Positions 28,792 to 39,316 of a DNA stretch of 64,000 nucleotides are shown piece by piece (position 1 is the stretch's first letter; every line of letters begins with the position of its first letter). The notes below the pieces were generated by a model. The model ran no database searches and was not told the origin of the DNA. It worked only from the letters and a program-made list of their open reading frames with translations. The stretch spans positions 2,912,001 through 2,976,000 of the forward strand of contig OZ242011.1 of the NCBI GenBank assembly GCA_965204755.1, in the 5' to 3' direction. The position numbers were made by a program, and so were the translations under genes. Source of the stretch: Candidatus Marinacidobacterium sp. Lineage in GTDB: Bacteria > Acidobacteriota > Vicinamibacteria > Marinacidobacterales > Marinacidobacteraceae.

Positions 28792-30678
28792 CTACGGCGT
28801 TGCGGCCGCCGGTTCCGGAGCCGCGGCGGTGGTTTCGACTCGGGGGAACCGGCGAACGACTTCGAGGAAGGCGTCCCCGTAGCGTTCGAGTTTCGCGGCG
28901 CCGACGCCCTGGATGTCCTCGAACTCGGCGCGGTCGGCCGGGCGCCGCTCGGCCATCTCGACCAGCGAGGAGTCGTGGAATACCACATACGGCGGCACGC
29001 CGTTCTCCCGGGCGAGGGCGAGTCGGAGTTCCCGGAGGGCCTCGAAGAGCGGTTCGGCTTCCGCCGCCAAGTCGTCGCGCCGCCGTTTCGGTGCCCGTTC
29101 CGCATCGGGGGTTCTTCGCCGCGAGCGGGGCCGGGGCGCGAGGTCGCGGCGCAACTCGATGGACCGCTCCTTCCGGAGCACCGGCCACGACGCCGGAGTC
29201 AGTTTCACGGAGCCGTGCCGCTCCATGTCGACCCTGACCAGCCCGCGCGCCGCCAACTGGCGGAACACCGACCGCCACTGCCGGGCGTCGAGGTCGCTCC
29301 CGACCCCGTAAGTCGGCAGGCGGTCGTGTCCGTACGCGCGGATGCGGTCGTCCCCGTCGTCGCCCCGGAGGATCCGGATCAGGTATTCCCGCCCGAAACG
29401 TTGCCCGGTCCGATACACCGCGGACATCGCCTTTTGCGCCGGCACCGTGCCGTCCCAGGACTCCGGCGGCTCGAGACAGTTGTCGCAGTTGCCGCAGTTC
29501 CCGTCCCGCTCCTCGCCGAAGTAGGCGAGCAGCGCCCTCCGTCGGCAGCCGGTCAGTTCGCAGTAGCCGAGGAGCGCTTCCAGTTTGCGCGCGCTCACCC
29601 GCTTGTGCCGCTCGTCGGCGTCCGAAGTGTCCACCAGACTGCGGAGGCGCGCGACATCGGAGGTTCCGTAAGTCATCCAGGCCGTCGCCGGCTCACCGTC
29701 GCGGCCCGCCCGCCCGGTCTCCTGGTAGTAGGCCTCGAGGCTCTTCGGCAGGTCGAGGTGCGCCACGAACCGCACATCCGGTTTGTCGATGCCCATCCCG
29801 AACGCGATCGTCGCCACGATGACCACCCCGTCCCGCTCCATGAACGCCTCCTGCGCCGCCTCGCGTTCCGCCGCGGCCAGTCCGGCGTGGTACGGCCGGG
29901 CGTCGAGCCCGCGTTTCCGCAGCCAGTCGGCGGTTTCTTCCACGCCCCGCCGGGAGAGGCAGTACACGATGCCGGCGTCCCCTTCGTGTTCACCGAGGAG
30001 ACCGCGGACCAACTGCTGCTTCGGGTTGTCCTTGGGCGTCACCCGGTACCGGATGTTCGGGCGGTCGAAACTGGCGATGAACCGCCCGGCGCCGCGCAAC
30101 CCGAGCCGCTCGAGGATCTCGCGGCGGGTGGGCTCGTCGGCGGTCGCGGTGAGCGCCAGCCGGGGCACTCCGGGAAAGCGCTCACCGAGCGCCGCGAGTT
30201 CCAGGTACTCGGGTCGGAAGTCGTGACCCCAGGAGGCGACGCAGTGGGCTTCGTCTATCGCGATCAGGGCCAGGTCCACGCCATCGAGCAGCGAGAGCGC
30301 CCGCTCGCCGAGCAGACGTTCCGGCGCGGCGTAGAGCAGGTCGAGTTCGCCGCGGCGAACCCGGTTCTCGACCTCCAGGACTTCGGGATAGGAGAGCGTG
30401 GAGTTCAGGCTGGCGGCCCGGACGCCCTGCTGCCGGAGCGCGGCCACCTGGTCGTTCATGAGCGAGATGAGCGGCGAGACCACGACGCCCAGCCCCGGGC
30501 GGACGAGCGCCGGGACCTGGTAGCACAGCGACTTCCCGCCCCCGGTGGGCATGAGCACCAAGGCGTCCCGGCCGGCGAGCACCTCCCGGATCACCGCCTC
30601 CTGGTGGCCGAGGAACCGGTCGAATCCGAAGACCCGGCGCAGGACCTCCCCGGCGCTCGCGATTCCGTCGGCTTCCAC
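28792..30678 (-). CDS. recQ: ATP-dependent DNA helicase RecQ
   Basis: [42 protein letters not shown], Zn-binding CGNCDNC, HRDC (PPYVVFHD); GTG start inferred. Confidence 0.95.
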   Translation of the reverse strand: MEADGIASAGEVLRRVFGFDRFLGHQEAVIREVLAGRDALVLMPTGGGKSLCYQVPALVRPGLGVVVSPLISLMNDQVAALRQQGVRAASLNSTLSYPEVLEVENRVRRGELDLLYAAPERLLGERALSLLDGVDLALIAIDEAHCVASWGHDFRPEYLELAALGERFPGVPRLALTATADEPTRREILERLGLRGAGRFIASFDRPNIRYRVTPKDNPKQQLVRGLLGEHEGDAGIVYCLSRRGVEETADWLRKRGLDARPYHAGLAAAEREAAQEAFMERDGVVIVATIAFGMGIDKPDVRFVAHLDLPKSLEAYYQETGRAGRDGEPATAWMTYGTSDVARLRSLVDTSDADERHKRVSARKLEALLGYCELTGCRRRALLAYFGEERDGNCGNCDNCLEPPESWDGTVPAQKAMSAVYRTGQRFGREYLIRILRGDDGDDRIRAYGHDRLPTYGVGSDLDARQWRSVFRQLAARGLVRVDMERHGSVKLTPASWPVLRKERSIELRRDLAPRPRSRRRTPDAERAPKRRRDDLAAEAEPLFEALRELRLALARENGVPPYVVFHDSSLVEMAERRPADRAEFEDIQGVGAAKLERYGDAFLEVVRRFPRVETTAAAPEPAAATP

Positions 30679-30791
30679 CGCCTCGTCCGCCTCGCGGCCT
30701 CCTCCGGCGCCCCGGGGTTCCTCGACCGGCGCTCCCGCCGTGCGCCGGCCCGTTTCTCGCCCCACCTCCGCCGGAAATCCTAGCCCGCGAG

Positions 30792-30977
30792 TTTTCCCGG
30801 AGGACGGTGACGAGTCGACGGGGATCGGCGCCCCGGCAGGCCCGCGAGAGGCCCCTTTCGGCTTGCATCCGGCGGCTTCCCCGATTTTCCCGGAGGACGG
30901 TGACGAGTCGACGGGGACCGGCGCCCCGACAGGCCCGCGAGAGGCCCCTTTCGGCTTGCATCCGGCGGCTTCCCCGA
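30792..30977. repeat. Tandem duplication, 2 x 93 bp, in the divergent recQ/operon promoter region
   Basis: 30792-30884 and 30885-30977 differ at about 2 positions. Confidence 0.92.
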
Positions 30978-30984
30978 CTACTCT
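30956..30984 (+). promoter_or_regulatory. Putative sigma70 promoter of operon copy 2
   Basis: TTGCAT-17 nt-TACTCT, about 60 nt upstream of ATG 31045. Confidence 0.55.
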
Positions 30985-31044
30985 CCGTAGTCGTTCCGTA
31001 CCCTGTCGGCGGGCGTGTATCCGCACTCCGGGCCGAGGTCTGAA

Positions 31045-33594
31045 ATGCCCCGTTTTTCCAGTAGTTATGCCGTAGCCGCCGGGCTCGCCGGTCTGCTCGC
31101 CGCAGCCGCGTCCGAGGCTGCCGCCACCGGCCAGAACGCGCCGGCTCCGTCGGCCGCCGTGGTCGCCGGGGTGCGGGCGTTCGAACCGGGCAGGGAGGCG
31201 CCGGCGACGAGCGGAGGGGCATCGGCCGCGGTCTCGGCTGCGGAAGCGGAAGCGGCGGCGCACAACCGCGTCATCCGCACCTACTGCATGGTGTGCCACA
31301 ACGACCGGATGCGGACCGGGAACATGACGCTCTCCGGGTTCGACGCCGGGGACGCCCCCGGTTCGGCGCCGCTGGCGGAGAAGGTGGTTTCGAAGTTGCG
31401 GCTGGGGATGATGCCCCCGCCGGGCGCCCGCCGGCCGGACGACGCGGTTCTCGAAGAGATCGCGGTTTCGCTGGAGGGGCAGTTGGACACGGTTTGGGCG
31501 GCGTCCCCGGAGCCGGGCCGGCGTTCGTTCCAGCGGTTGAACCGGGCGGAGTACACGGCGGCGGTGCGCGACCTGCTGTCGCTGCCGATCGACGCTTCGG
31601 AGTATCTGCCGCAGGACACGATCAGCGCGAACTTCGACAACATCGCGGACGCGCAGATGCTTTCGGCGACCCTGATGGACGCGTACCTGCGGGCGGCGAG
31701 CGAGATCAGCCGCCTCGCCGTCGGCGACGCCCGCGCGACGCCGGCCGAAGTCGGCTTCCATGTGTCGCGCTGGGCGTCCCAACTGGACACGGTGGAGGGC
31801 GCCCCGTACGGCACCCGGGGCGGGATCTCGGTCGAGCATGTGTTCCCCGCCGACGGCGAATACCGCTTCCGCCTCGCCTTCCACCACGAGACCACCGGCG
31901 CCATCGTCGGCTCCGGTTCCGGCTCCCTCCACACCTTCGGCAAGCCGGAACAGATCGAGATCTCCATAGACGGCGCGCGCGTCGCGCTGCTCGAAGTGGA
32001 TCGGTGGATGCATGTCTCCGATCCCGACGGAGTCAACCTCCGCACCGGGCCGATCTTCGTGAAGGCCGGGCCGCGCCGGATCTCCGCGGCGTTCCTGAAG
32101 CGGTTCGAAGGCCCGGTCCTCGACCTCATCTCGCCCCACGACTGGTCGCTCGCCTCCACGGCGACTTCGCGCGCCTACGGCATCCACAGCATGCCGCACC
32201 TGCGCGACCTGTTCATCCGGGGCCCGTTCGACGCGACGGGTGTTTCGGAGACTCCGAGCCGGCGGGCGATCTTCGAGTGCCGTCCGCTGAGCGAGGCGGA
32301 GGCGCGTCCGTGCGCGGAGCGGATCCTGGGGCGTTTGGGCCGGCTGGCGTATCGGGGCTCGCTGACGGCGGGGAAGTTGGGTTCGCTGCTGGAGTTGTAC
32401 GACGCGGGAGCGGCGGCGAACGGTTTCGAGGAGGGGATCCGGATGGGGATCGAGGGGATGCTGGCGAGCCCGAACTTCGTGTTCCGGATCGAGGAGCCGC
32501 TGGACCCGCGCGAGGCGGAGTACGGGTATCCGCTTTCGGATGTGGACCTGGCGTCTCGGCTGTCGTTTTTCCTGTGGGGGACGATCCCGGACGGGGAGTT
32601 GCTGGACCTGGCGGAGGCGGGGCAACTGTCGGAGCCTGCGGTGTATGAGGCTCAGGTTCGGCGGATGCTGGCGGACGGGCGTTCGGATGCGCTTTCGCGG
32701 CGCTTTGCGAGCCAGTGGTTCCGGCTGCAGGACCTGGAGAAGATCAACCCGAATGTCCGTTTGTATCCGGACTTCCACCAGCAGTTGAAGACGGCGATGG
32801 TGGAGGAGACGGAGCGCTTCTTCCACCACCTGGTTGCGGAGGACCGGAGCGCGTTGGAGATGTTCACGGCGGACTACACCTTCGTGAACGAGCGTTTGGC
32901 GCACCACTACGGGATCCCGGGGGTTACGGGGCCGGAGCACCGGCTGGTGAGGTATCCGGACGAGAGCCGCCGGGGGGTGTTCGGCCACGGGAGCATGTTG
33001 ACGCTGACTTCGCACCCGTACCGGACTTCGGCGGTGCTGCGGGGGAAGTGGGTGATGGAGGTGCTCCTGGGGAGTCCTCCTCCTCCGCCACCGCCGAATG
33101 TTTCGGACCTGGACGCGACTCCGGCGACGGCGGACGGCCGGGAGTTGACGGCGCGGGAGCGGCTGGAGATCCACCGGGACAACCCGGCGTGCCGCTCGTG
33201 CCACCGGATGATGGACCCGATCGGGCTGGCCCTGGAGCACTTCGATGTGACGGGCCGGGTCCGGGTGAAGGACTCGGGGCAGGCGATCGACGCTTCGGGC
33301 GAGTTCTACGACGGGACGGCGATCCGGGATGTTTCGGACTTGCGGGAGGCGCTGCTGCAGCGCCCGATACCGCTGCTTCGGACTTTCACGGAGAACTTGC
33401 TGGCGTACGGGTTGGGGCGCCGGGTGGAGTATTTCGACCAGCCGCGGGTACGGGAGATCGTGCGGGAGGCGGAGGGTTCGGGGTACCGGATGTCGGCGTT
33501 CCTGCTGGGGGTGGCGCGGAGCCCGGCGTTCCTGCGCAAGGGCGGTTCGCCGGCGGAGGAGTCGGCGACGGAGGCGATTTCCGGTCAGCACTGA
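31045..33594 (+). CDS. DUF1592-family cytochrome c-domain protein, copy 2
   Basis: Same motifs as copy 1; different leader and different central block of about 163 aa. Confidence 0.9.
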   Translation: MPRFSSSYAVAAGLAGLLAAAASEAAATGQNAPAPSAAVVAGVRAFEPGREAPATSGGASAAVSAAEAEAAAHNRVIRTYCMVCHNDRMRTGNMTLSGFDAGDAPGSAPLAEKVVSKLRLGMMPPPGARRPDDAVLEEIAVSLEGQLDTVWAASPEPGRRSFQRLNRAEYTAAVRDLLSLPIDASEYLPQDTISANFDNIADAQMLSATLMDAYLRAASEISRLAVGDARATPAEVGFHVSRWASQLDTVEGAPYGTRGGISVEHVFPADGEYRFRLAFHHETTGAIVGSGSGSLHTFGKPEQIEISIDGARVALLEVDRWMHVSDPDGVNLRTGPIFVKAGPRRISAAFLKRFEGPVLDLISPHDWSLASTATSRAYGIHSMPHLRDLFIRGPFDATGVSETPSRRAIFECRPLSEAEARPCAERILGRLGRLAYRGSLTAGKLGSLLELYDAGAAANGFEEGIRMGIEGMLASPNFVFRIEEPLDPREAEYGYPLSDVDLASRLSFFLWGTIPDGELLDLAEAGQLSEPAVYEAQVRRMLADGRSDALSRRFASQWFRLQDLEKINPNVRLYPDFHQQLKTAMVEETERFFHHLVAEDRSALEMFTADYTFVNERLAHHYGIPGVTGPEHRLVRYPDESRRGVFGHGSMLTLTSHPYRTSAVLRGKWVMEVLLGSPPPPPPPNVSDLDATPATADGRELTARERLEIHRDNPACRSCHRMMDPIGLALEHFDVTGRVRVKDSGQAIDASGEFYDGTAIRDVSDLREALLQRPIPLLRTFTENLLAYGLGRRVEYFDQPRVREIVREAEGSGYRMSAFLLGVARSPAFLRKGGSPAEESATEAISGQH

Positions 33595-35457
33595 CCGGCA
33601 GAGCACGGGTTCCGGGGACGGGGCCGAGGAGAGACGGATGCACTACCTGACGGGCAAGAGCCTTCCGAGGCGGAGTTTCCTGCGGGGCGCGGGGGCGGTG
33701 GTGGCGCTGCCGTTCCTGGACGCGATGGTTCCGGCGAGCGCGGCGGCGAAGGTCGCGGGCTCGGCGGACCGGACGCGCCTGGTTGCGGTGGAGATCGTGC
33801 ACGGCGCGGCGGGGAGCAACAAGTACGGCCGGGAGAACCACCTGTGGTCCCCGGAGGCGGAGGGGACGGAGTTCGACCTGTCCCGGGGGGCGCTGGCGCC
33901 GCTGGAGCCGGTTCGGGACTATGTGACGGTCGTGAGCGACTGCGATGTGGAGCCGGCGGAGGCGCGGACGGCGCGGGAGATCGGCGGCGACCACTTCCGT
34001 TCGAGCGCGGCGTTCCTGACGCAGTCGTATCCGAAGCAGACGGAGAGTTCCGATGTGTATGCCGGGACTTCCCTGGACCAGTTGTATGCGCAGCGTTTCG
34101 GGCAGGAGACTCCGATCCCTTCGATGCAGTTGTGCATCGAGACGGTGGACCAGGCCGGGGGTTGCGCGTACGGGTATGCGTGCGTGTACACGGACACGAT
34201 CAGTTGGGCTTCCCCGACGGAGCCGCTCCCGATGACGCGCGACCCCCGGATCGTGTTCGACCAGTTGTTCGGCGCGGGCGGGACGCCGGAGGGCCGGCTG
34301 GCTCGGCAGGAGGCGCGCCGGAGCGTGCTGGACTTCATCTCGGGGGAGGTGCGGGACCTGAAGCGCAGTCTGGACTCGGAGGACCTGCGGCGGATGGACC
34401 GGTACCTGACGGACATCCGGGAGATGGAGCGCCGGATCGAGCGGATCGTCGCGCGGAACACGAGCGGGGAGTTGCGTGACCTCCCGGATGCGCCTTCGGG
34501 GGTTCCGGACTCGTTCGACGAGCATGTGAAGATCATGTTCGACCTGCAGGCGTTGGCGTTCCAGTCGGACATGACGCGGGTGTTCAGTTTCAAGTTGGGT
34601 CGGGACGCGTCGAGCCGGGTGTATCCGGAGAGCGGTGAGTCGACGGCGTTCCACCCGGCCTCGCACCACGGGAACGACCCGGAGCGGGTGGAGATCCTGG
34701 GGCGGATCAACCGGTACCATGTGGGTTTGATTCCGTACTTCATGGAGAAGTTGCGGAGCATCGAGGAGGGTGACCGGACGCTCCTGGACAAGACGATGAT
34801 CGTGTACGGGTCTCCGATGGGCGATCCGAACATCCACAACCACAAGCGGGTCCCGTTCTTCGTTGCGGGCGGGGCGAACGGGGCGTTGGAGAACAACCTG
34901 CACTTGCGTGCGGCTCCGGGGACGCCTCTGGCGAATGTGATGCTGTCGCTGCTGCGGCGGTTGGGCCTGGAGGACTTGGAGAGTTTCGGGAACAGCACCG
35001 GGGAGTTCTCGCTTTCGGCGTAGGCCGGGGGCGTGACCTGGTAGCGGGAGTGAGGGCCATGGGCGTTCTGACGAGGACACGGGTTCTGGCGCTTTCGGCG
35101 CTGGTGAGCGCTGCGGCTCTGGCGGTGGCGGCAGCGCCGTCGTCGGGTCCGGTGTTGGAGGCGGCGAAGCGCGGGGATGTGGAGTCGGTTCGGGCGGAGT
35201 TGCGTTCGGGTGGTGATGTGAACGCGGCGGAGGGGGACGGTTTCACGGCGCTTCACTGGGCGGCGAAGCGCGGCGACGCGGAGTTGGCGGGTGTCCTGTT
35301 GTCTGCGGGAGCGGACTTCCGGGCGACGACGCGGCTGGGCGCGCACCAGCCGCTGCATGTGGCGGCGGCTGCGGGAGAGGCGGAGGTGGCGGAGGCGCTG
35401 CTGTCTGCGGGAGCGCCGGTCAGCGCGCCCACGGGAACCGGCGCCCGGCCGATCCAC
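31255..35457 (+). repeat. Long direct repeat unit B
   Basis: Partner of 22800-27002, with only scattered substitutions in the shared blocks (e.g. C24495 vs A32950). Confidence 0.95.
33638..35023 (+). CDS. DUF1552 (HXXSHH) family protein, copy 2
   Basis: Translation appears identical to copy 1. Confidence 0.9.
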   Translation: MHYLTGKSLPRRSFLRGAGAVVALPFLDAMVPASAAAKVAGSADRTRLVAVEIVHGAAGSNKYGRENHLWSPEAEGTEFDLSRGALAPLEPVRDYVTVVSDCDVEPAEARTAREIGGDHFRSSAAFLTQSYPKQTESSDVYAGTSLDQLYAQRFGQETPIPSMQLCIETVDQAGGCAYGYACVYTDTISWASPTEPLPMTRDPRIVFDQLFGAGGTPEGRLARQEARRSVLDFISGEVRDLKRSLDSEDLRRMDRYLTDIREMERRIERIVARNTSGELRDLPDAPSGVPDSFDEHVKIMFDLQALAFQSDMTRVFSFKLGRDASSRVYPESGESTAFHPASHHGNDPERVEILGRINRYHVGLIPYFMEKLRSIEEGDRTLLDKTMIVYGSPMGDPNIHNHKRVPFFVAGGANGALENNLHLRAAPGTPLANVMLSLLRRLGLEDLESFGNSTGEFSLSA

Positions 35458-36909
35458 TTGGCCGCGGCCGCCGGCGACGAGCGAGTCGTCGCCGCCCTGG
35501 TCGCCGCCGGGGCGAATGTGGACGGGCAGGAGTCCGAGTGGGGAATGACCCCGCTCATGTTCGCCGCGGTGAAGGGGAGGTCGGAGGCCGTTACCGCCCT
35601 GTTGGAAGCGGGCGCTGACGCCGAAATCACCGCCAAGGTGCTCGACATCGTCGAGCGCGCCGAGTTCGACTCCGACGAGCGGCGGGCGCGGCAGGCCCGT
35701 TTGGCCGACCGGCGCGGCGGTACCGGCATCCTCTACGCCGAGCGTCCGGAGAACCGGGGAGCGCGCGCCGGCGGCGCGGCCGGCGCGGGCGCAGCCGCGG
35801 CGGGGACCGGAACCGGAGGCGGCGACCTGAATCCGGCCGGCCGCGCGGCCGGCGCGCCGCTCGACCCGCTGAATCCGGAAGTCGAAGAGGAAGATCCGAA
35901 CGAGCCGAAGCCGAAGACCTACGAGGAGCGTGTGGGCACCCACGGCGGCCTGACGGCGCTCCTGCTCGCCGCCCGGGAGGGGAAGATCGAGGCGGCCTCG
36001 GCGATGCTCGACGGCGGCGCCGATGTGAACCGGCGAGCCGCCGGAAGCGGCGCCACCCCGCTCCTGATGGCCACCATCAACGGCCACTTCGACCTGGCGA
36101 TGGAGTTGCTCGCGCGCGGCGCCGACCCGACGCTGGCCGACGCGCAGGGGGCGACGCCGCTCTACGGCGCGATCAACACCCAGTGGATACCCAAGGCGCG
36201 CCACCCGCAGCCGGCGGACTACCTCCAACAGGAGACCTCGCACCTGGAACTGATGCAGGCCCTGTTGGATGCCGGCGCCGATGTGAACGCCCGCATAGAC
36301 AGTTCCCTCTGGTACACGGTGTTCAATGTGGACCAACTGGGAGTGGACCGCAGCGGGGCGACCGCGTTCTGGCGCGCCGCCTATTCGCTGGACCTTCCGG
36401 CGATGAAGTTGCTCGTGGCGAACGGCGCCGACCCGCATATCCCGACGATCCGCGTCCCCGAACGGCGGCGCCTTCCCCGGATCATCCCGGAGGACGCCGA
36501 GGATCCCTCCGGCCTCCCGCCGGCCGAATACGGCGGCCCGGCGGTGTACCCGATCCATGCCGCCGCCGGAGTCGGCTACGGCCTCGGTTTGGCGGCGAAC
36601 TCACACCGTCACGCGCCGGAGGCGTGGTTCTCGGCGGTCGAATACTTGGTCGAAGAGTGCGGCGCGGATGTGACCGTCCGCGACCACAACGGCTACGGGG
36701 TCATCCACCATGCCGCTTCGCGCGGGGACAACGAGATGATCGAGTACCTCGTGGCGAAGGGCGCGGACCCGCTGCTCGTCGCCCGCACCGGCCAGACGAC
36801 GATCGACCTGGCCAACGGGCCGGTGCAGCGCATCAACCCCTTCCCGGAGACCATCGCGCTCCTCGAAAGTTACGGAGCCAAGAACAACCACGCCTGCGTC
36901 GGATGCTGA
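35059..36909 (+). CDS. Secreted ankyrin-repeat protein, copy 2
   Basis: First ~133 aa identical to copy 1, then diverged; ends CVGC. Confidence 0.92.
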   Translation: MGVLTRTRVLALSALVSAAALAVAAAPSSGPVLEAAKRGDVESVRAELRSGGDVNAAEGDGFTALHWAAKRGDAELAGVLLSAGADFRATTRLGAHQPLHVAAAAGEAEVAEALLSAGAPVSAPTGTGARPIHLAAAAGDERVVAALVAAGANVDGQESEWGMTPLMFAAVKGRSEAVTALLEAGADAEITAKVLDIVERAEFDSDERRARQARLADRRGGTGILYAERPENRGARAGGAAGAGAAAAGTGTGGGDLNPAGRAAGAPLDPLNPEVEEEDPNEPKPKTYEERVGTHGGLTALLLAAREGKIEAASAMLDGGADVNRRAAGSGATPLLMATINGHFDLAMELLARGADPTLADAQGATPLYGAINTQWIPKARHPQPADYLQQETSHLELMQALLDAGADVNARIDSSLWYTVFNVDQLGVDRSGATAFWRAAYSLDLPAMKLLVANGADPHIPTIRVPERRRLPRIIPEDAEDPSGLPPAEYGGPAVYPIHAAAGVGYGLGLAANSHRHAPEAWFSAVEYLVEECGADVTVRDHNGYGVIHHAASRGDNEMIEYLVAKGADPLLVARTGQTTIDLANGPVQRINPFPETIALLESYGAKNNHACVGC

Positions 36910-37961
36910 CCAAGCGAACTCTCACTTGGGGGGCTGGCGCGGTTGTCGCCTGCGCGGTCATTGCTGTCGTATGGAGTTCGTCAAGATATCGAAACCGTGT
37001 AGATGCCGCGGTCGGCGCCGAGATCGTGGCCCTTGACGCACGATTCCAAATGCTGCGTGCAATGGATCGGGCGCAGAACGCAGATGCGCTTGGGGCGTGG
37101 TTTTCGCAACGACTGGACGTTGAGGCAGCGGAAGCGTCTTTGCGCGATGCGGAGAATGTGCTCGCCGATGTTGGAGCCGAAATGACGGAACGAATCAAGA
37201 AGTACGAATCTCGGGCTAGTGGTTACGGGAGAATCGAAAGTGAACGACTAGGAGACATGGTGTCCGCCGCGCAACTGGCGAATCGCATGGCTGGCGCACC
37301 GAGAGAGATGCAAGTAGCCGTCGAGAAGGAGATCCAGTTGTCAGGGTTTGAAATAGGTCTGATGAGAAGATGGGCACAAGAGAACGCTTCCAAGGCAGAA
37401 CAGAGCCGTGCGGAAGTGGCACGTGCCGAAGAAGTGGCGTTGAAGGCCCGAGAGCGCTTCGCCGCTACGCGTCAAGCGAGCGCGATCTGGAATTCAGTGA
37501 GCGAAGAGGTAGAGCGTCGAGAGCGCACAGCTACTGGTCGGGCGGAGTCGGCCCGAGACGAAGTCCAAAACGCACTACGCTTGATCAAGGCGGAGGAAGG
37601 CTCTCCGGATGCGAAGGAGAGATCCTATCTCGCAGCATCGGCGACACTCCGAGAAGCGCTTCTCCGGAAGCGTCAGGCCATAGCCCAATTCAAGACGACT
37701 GTCCAGATTGAAGAGGCGCTCGATCACTCCGCAAGCCCGACTTCGTGGACGAACTATTGGACCAAGAAGCGACTGGCGATGTTGTGGATGCCGGATAGTC
37801 TGAGAGCAGTCGTCGAGGCCGCACAGGACGCGTTCTCCCAAGGCGCGCCTGCAGAATTGGCCGAGGATCGCGCGGCGAAGTGGGAGGCTGCCGCACGAGC
37901 GGCAGAGGCGTGGCAGCGTGCGGAACGGACAGCGACGGAGGCGTGGGAGCGGGTCGGCTAA
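36903..37961 (+). CDS. Hypothetical membrane-anchored coiled-coil protein (low-GC island)
   Basis: N-terminal hydrophobic helix, then Ala/Glu/Arg-rich helical sequence; start uncertain. Confidence 0.6.
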   Translation: MLTKRTLTWGAGAVVACAVIAVVWSSSRYRNRVDAAVGAEIVALDARFQMLRAMDRAQNADALGAWFSQRLDVEAAEASLRDAENVLADVGAEMTERIKKYESRASGYGRIESERLGDMVSAAQLANRMAGAPREMQVAVEKEIQLSGFEIGLMRRWAQENASKAEQSRAEVARAEEVALKARERFAATRQASAIWNSVSEEVERRERTATGRAESARDEVQNALRLIKAEEGSPDAKERSYLAASATLREALLRKRQAIAQFKTTVQIEEALDHSASPTSWTNYWTKKRLAMLWMPDSLRAVVEAAQDAFSQGAPAELAEDRAAKWEAAARAAEAWQRAERTATEAWERVG

Positions 37962-39256
37962 GCGCCTCCGTTCCTTGGCTTCTTGATGATGACGCCCTTG
38001 GGGCGTGTGGCAACCGAGGGTCGCAAGGCGTTCATGGATGGCCCGTCCCATTGAGATCGCCGATCGTCGCTGACGAGCGCGGCGGAGAGCCGGCGTCCGA
38101 AAGACGGATTCGCTAGAAAGGACGAGCCAGACACCGTTCGCCGGACCGGCGCAAACCCGTCGAATGCAGATCGCTCATTCGGGCTGGCTCGGCGCCACTG
38201 CTTGGTGAATGGTTGGGGGGAGGCAGAAGGATCGTCGCGACGAGTGACCCAACGCGAGAGCAGGCAGGTGGAGACGTCGTCGATGAGTTTTTCGCTCCGA
38301 AGGAGCAGTCCCTCCAATGTTGCTTTTGCGTCCTCTTGGACAACATAGGTGTCGGCAGAATCGGCGTCGATGAACGCCTCGACATCGGATAGTGATGGAG
38401 ACCGGGGTAGCCGTCGTTGAGATCGAAAGCGAGCAGGGAGATGGCTAGGATTGAGTATAGTTGTGTCCGGTTCGCTATCGTGAAACTGCATTCGAAGGCC
38501 CCGATGAGTCAACATGTTTCGATAGTCCAACATCCAGTGGAGCCAGCCGCCAGCACTGTGACGGAGCACTGTGGCGCGAATCCCGGACAAGGGGTCATGG
38601 CCATCGCGATCCAGGGATTTCGGGAATGTTCGAGAGAAGGAGGCAGTCTTGATCCATTCGGGCAGTGGGTGCACGCCAATGATGAGGGCTGCCAAGCAAT
38701 CCAAGGCGCTGCAGAGGGCGCGGAGCAGCCCGTCGCGATGGATATCCGCAAGAGTGCCTCGCTGCAGGGAATCGAGTGGGCTCCGAACGGGCCCGGTAAG
38801 ACTGTCTCGCGTGGGGAAGAAGCACTCGTTCTCGGAGTGGTCCAAGTATTCGAGCCAGTGGACGCGGGCAGCAACAAGGTGCGTGGAAATACTGCTGGCG
38901 CAGACAAGGAGGTGGTCACCGATGAGGATGCGATGTGGTGTTACTTCCTTACACTGCGGAAGCCACCAGCCGATACCGTACGGCGGTGCGGTGCTAAGGT
39001 CCTCGAATACGGCCTTACGCAGGTGATGGACATGGGGTGTCTCGATGCCCAGTTTTTCCTCAAGTTCGTGCTCTTGGTGTCGCGGATCGCTACTCTGAAA
39101 CGGTTTGGCGAGGAGCGCGAGATGGGCGTCAAGCACGGTGTCGATGGGCGGTATGGTAGTCCCGAGCGAGGGCCGCATGGCCGACGCGGGAGAGAAACCA
39201 TAGCATGGGTTGCCTCGGCTGGTGGTTCGCCGATCTGGCTGCACGGGTGGCGTCAT
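37958..39256 (-). CDS. Hypothetical protein with a HEPN-like RxxxxH motif (Cthe_2314-like)
   Basis: LCSALDCLAALI followed by WMLDYRNMLTHRG; low GC; start uncertain. Confidence 0.6.
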   Translation of the reverse strand: MTPPVQPDRRTTSRGNPCYGFSPASAMRPSLGTTIPPIDTVLDAHLALLAKPFQSSDPRHQEHELEEKLGIETPHVHHLRKAVFEDLSTAPPYGIGWWLPQCKEVTPHRILIGDHLLVCASSISTHLVAARVHWLEYLDHSENECFFPTRDSLTGPVRSPLDSLQRGTLADIHRDGLLRALCSALDCLAALIIGVHPLPEWIKTASFSRTFPKSLDRDGHDPLSGIRATVLRHSAGGWLHWMLDYRNMLTHRGLRMQFHDSEPDTTILNPSHLPARFRSQRRLPRSPSLSDVEAFIDADSADTYVVQEDAKATLEGLLLRSEKLIDDVSTCLLSRWVTRRDDPSASPQPFTKQWRRASPNERSAFDGFAPVRRTVSGSSFLANPSFGRRLSAALVSDDRRSQWDGPSMNALRPSVATRPKGVIIKKPRNGGA

Positions 39257-39316
39257 TCACTCGCGGACTTGCGAGCAGTAGAGAGATCGGTTAAGGTTCT
39301 GTAGAGGTGTTCACCG

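Noticed and set aside
28792-33606. 1604-aa RecQ fusion
   Set aside because: The N-terminal ~975 aa is the antisense shadow of the DUF1592 gene; RecQ homology starts near 30678.
22800-35457. Pure assembly artefact for the duplication
   Set aside because: The copies have scattered distinguishing substitutions, distinct in-frame variable blocks and their own promoters. Long-read confirmation is still advisable.
22581-36909. Diversity-generating retroelement explaining the variable block
   Set aside because: No reverse transcriptase in the window, and the differences are not adenine-specific.
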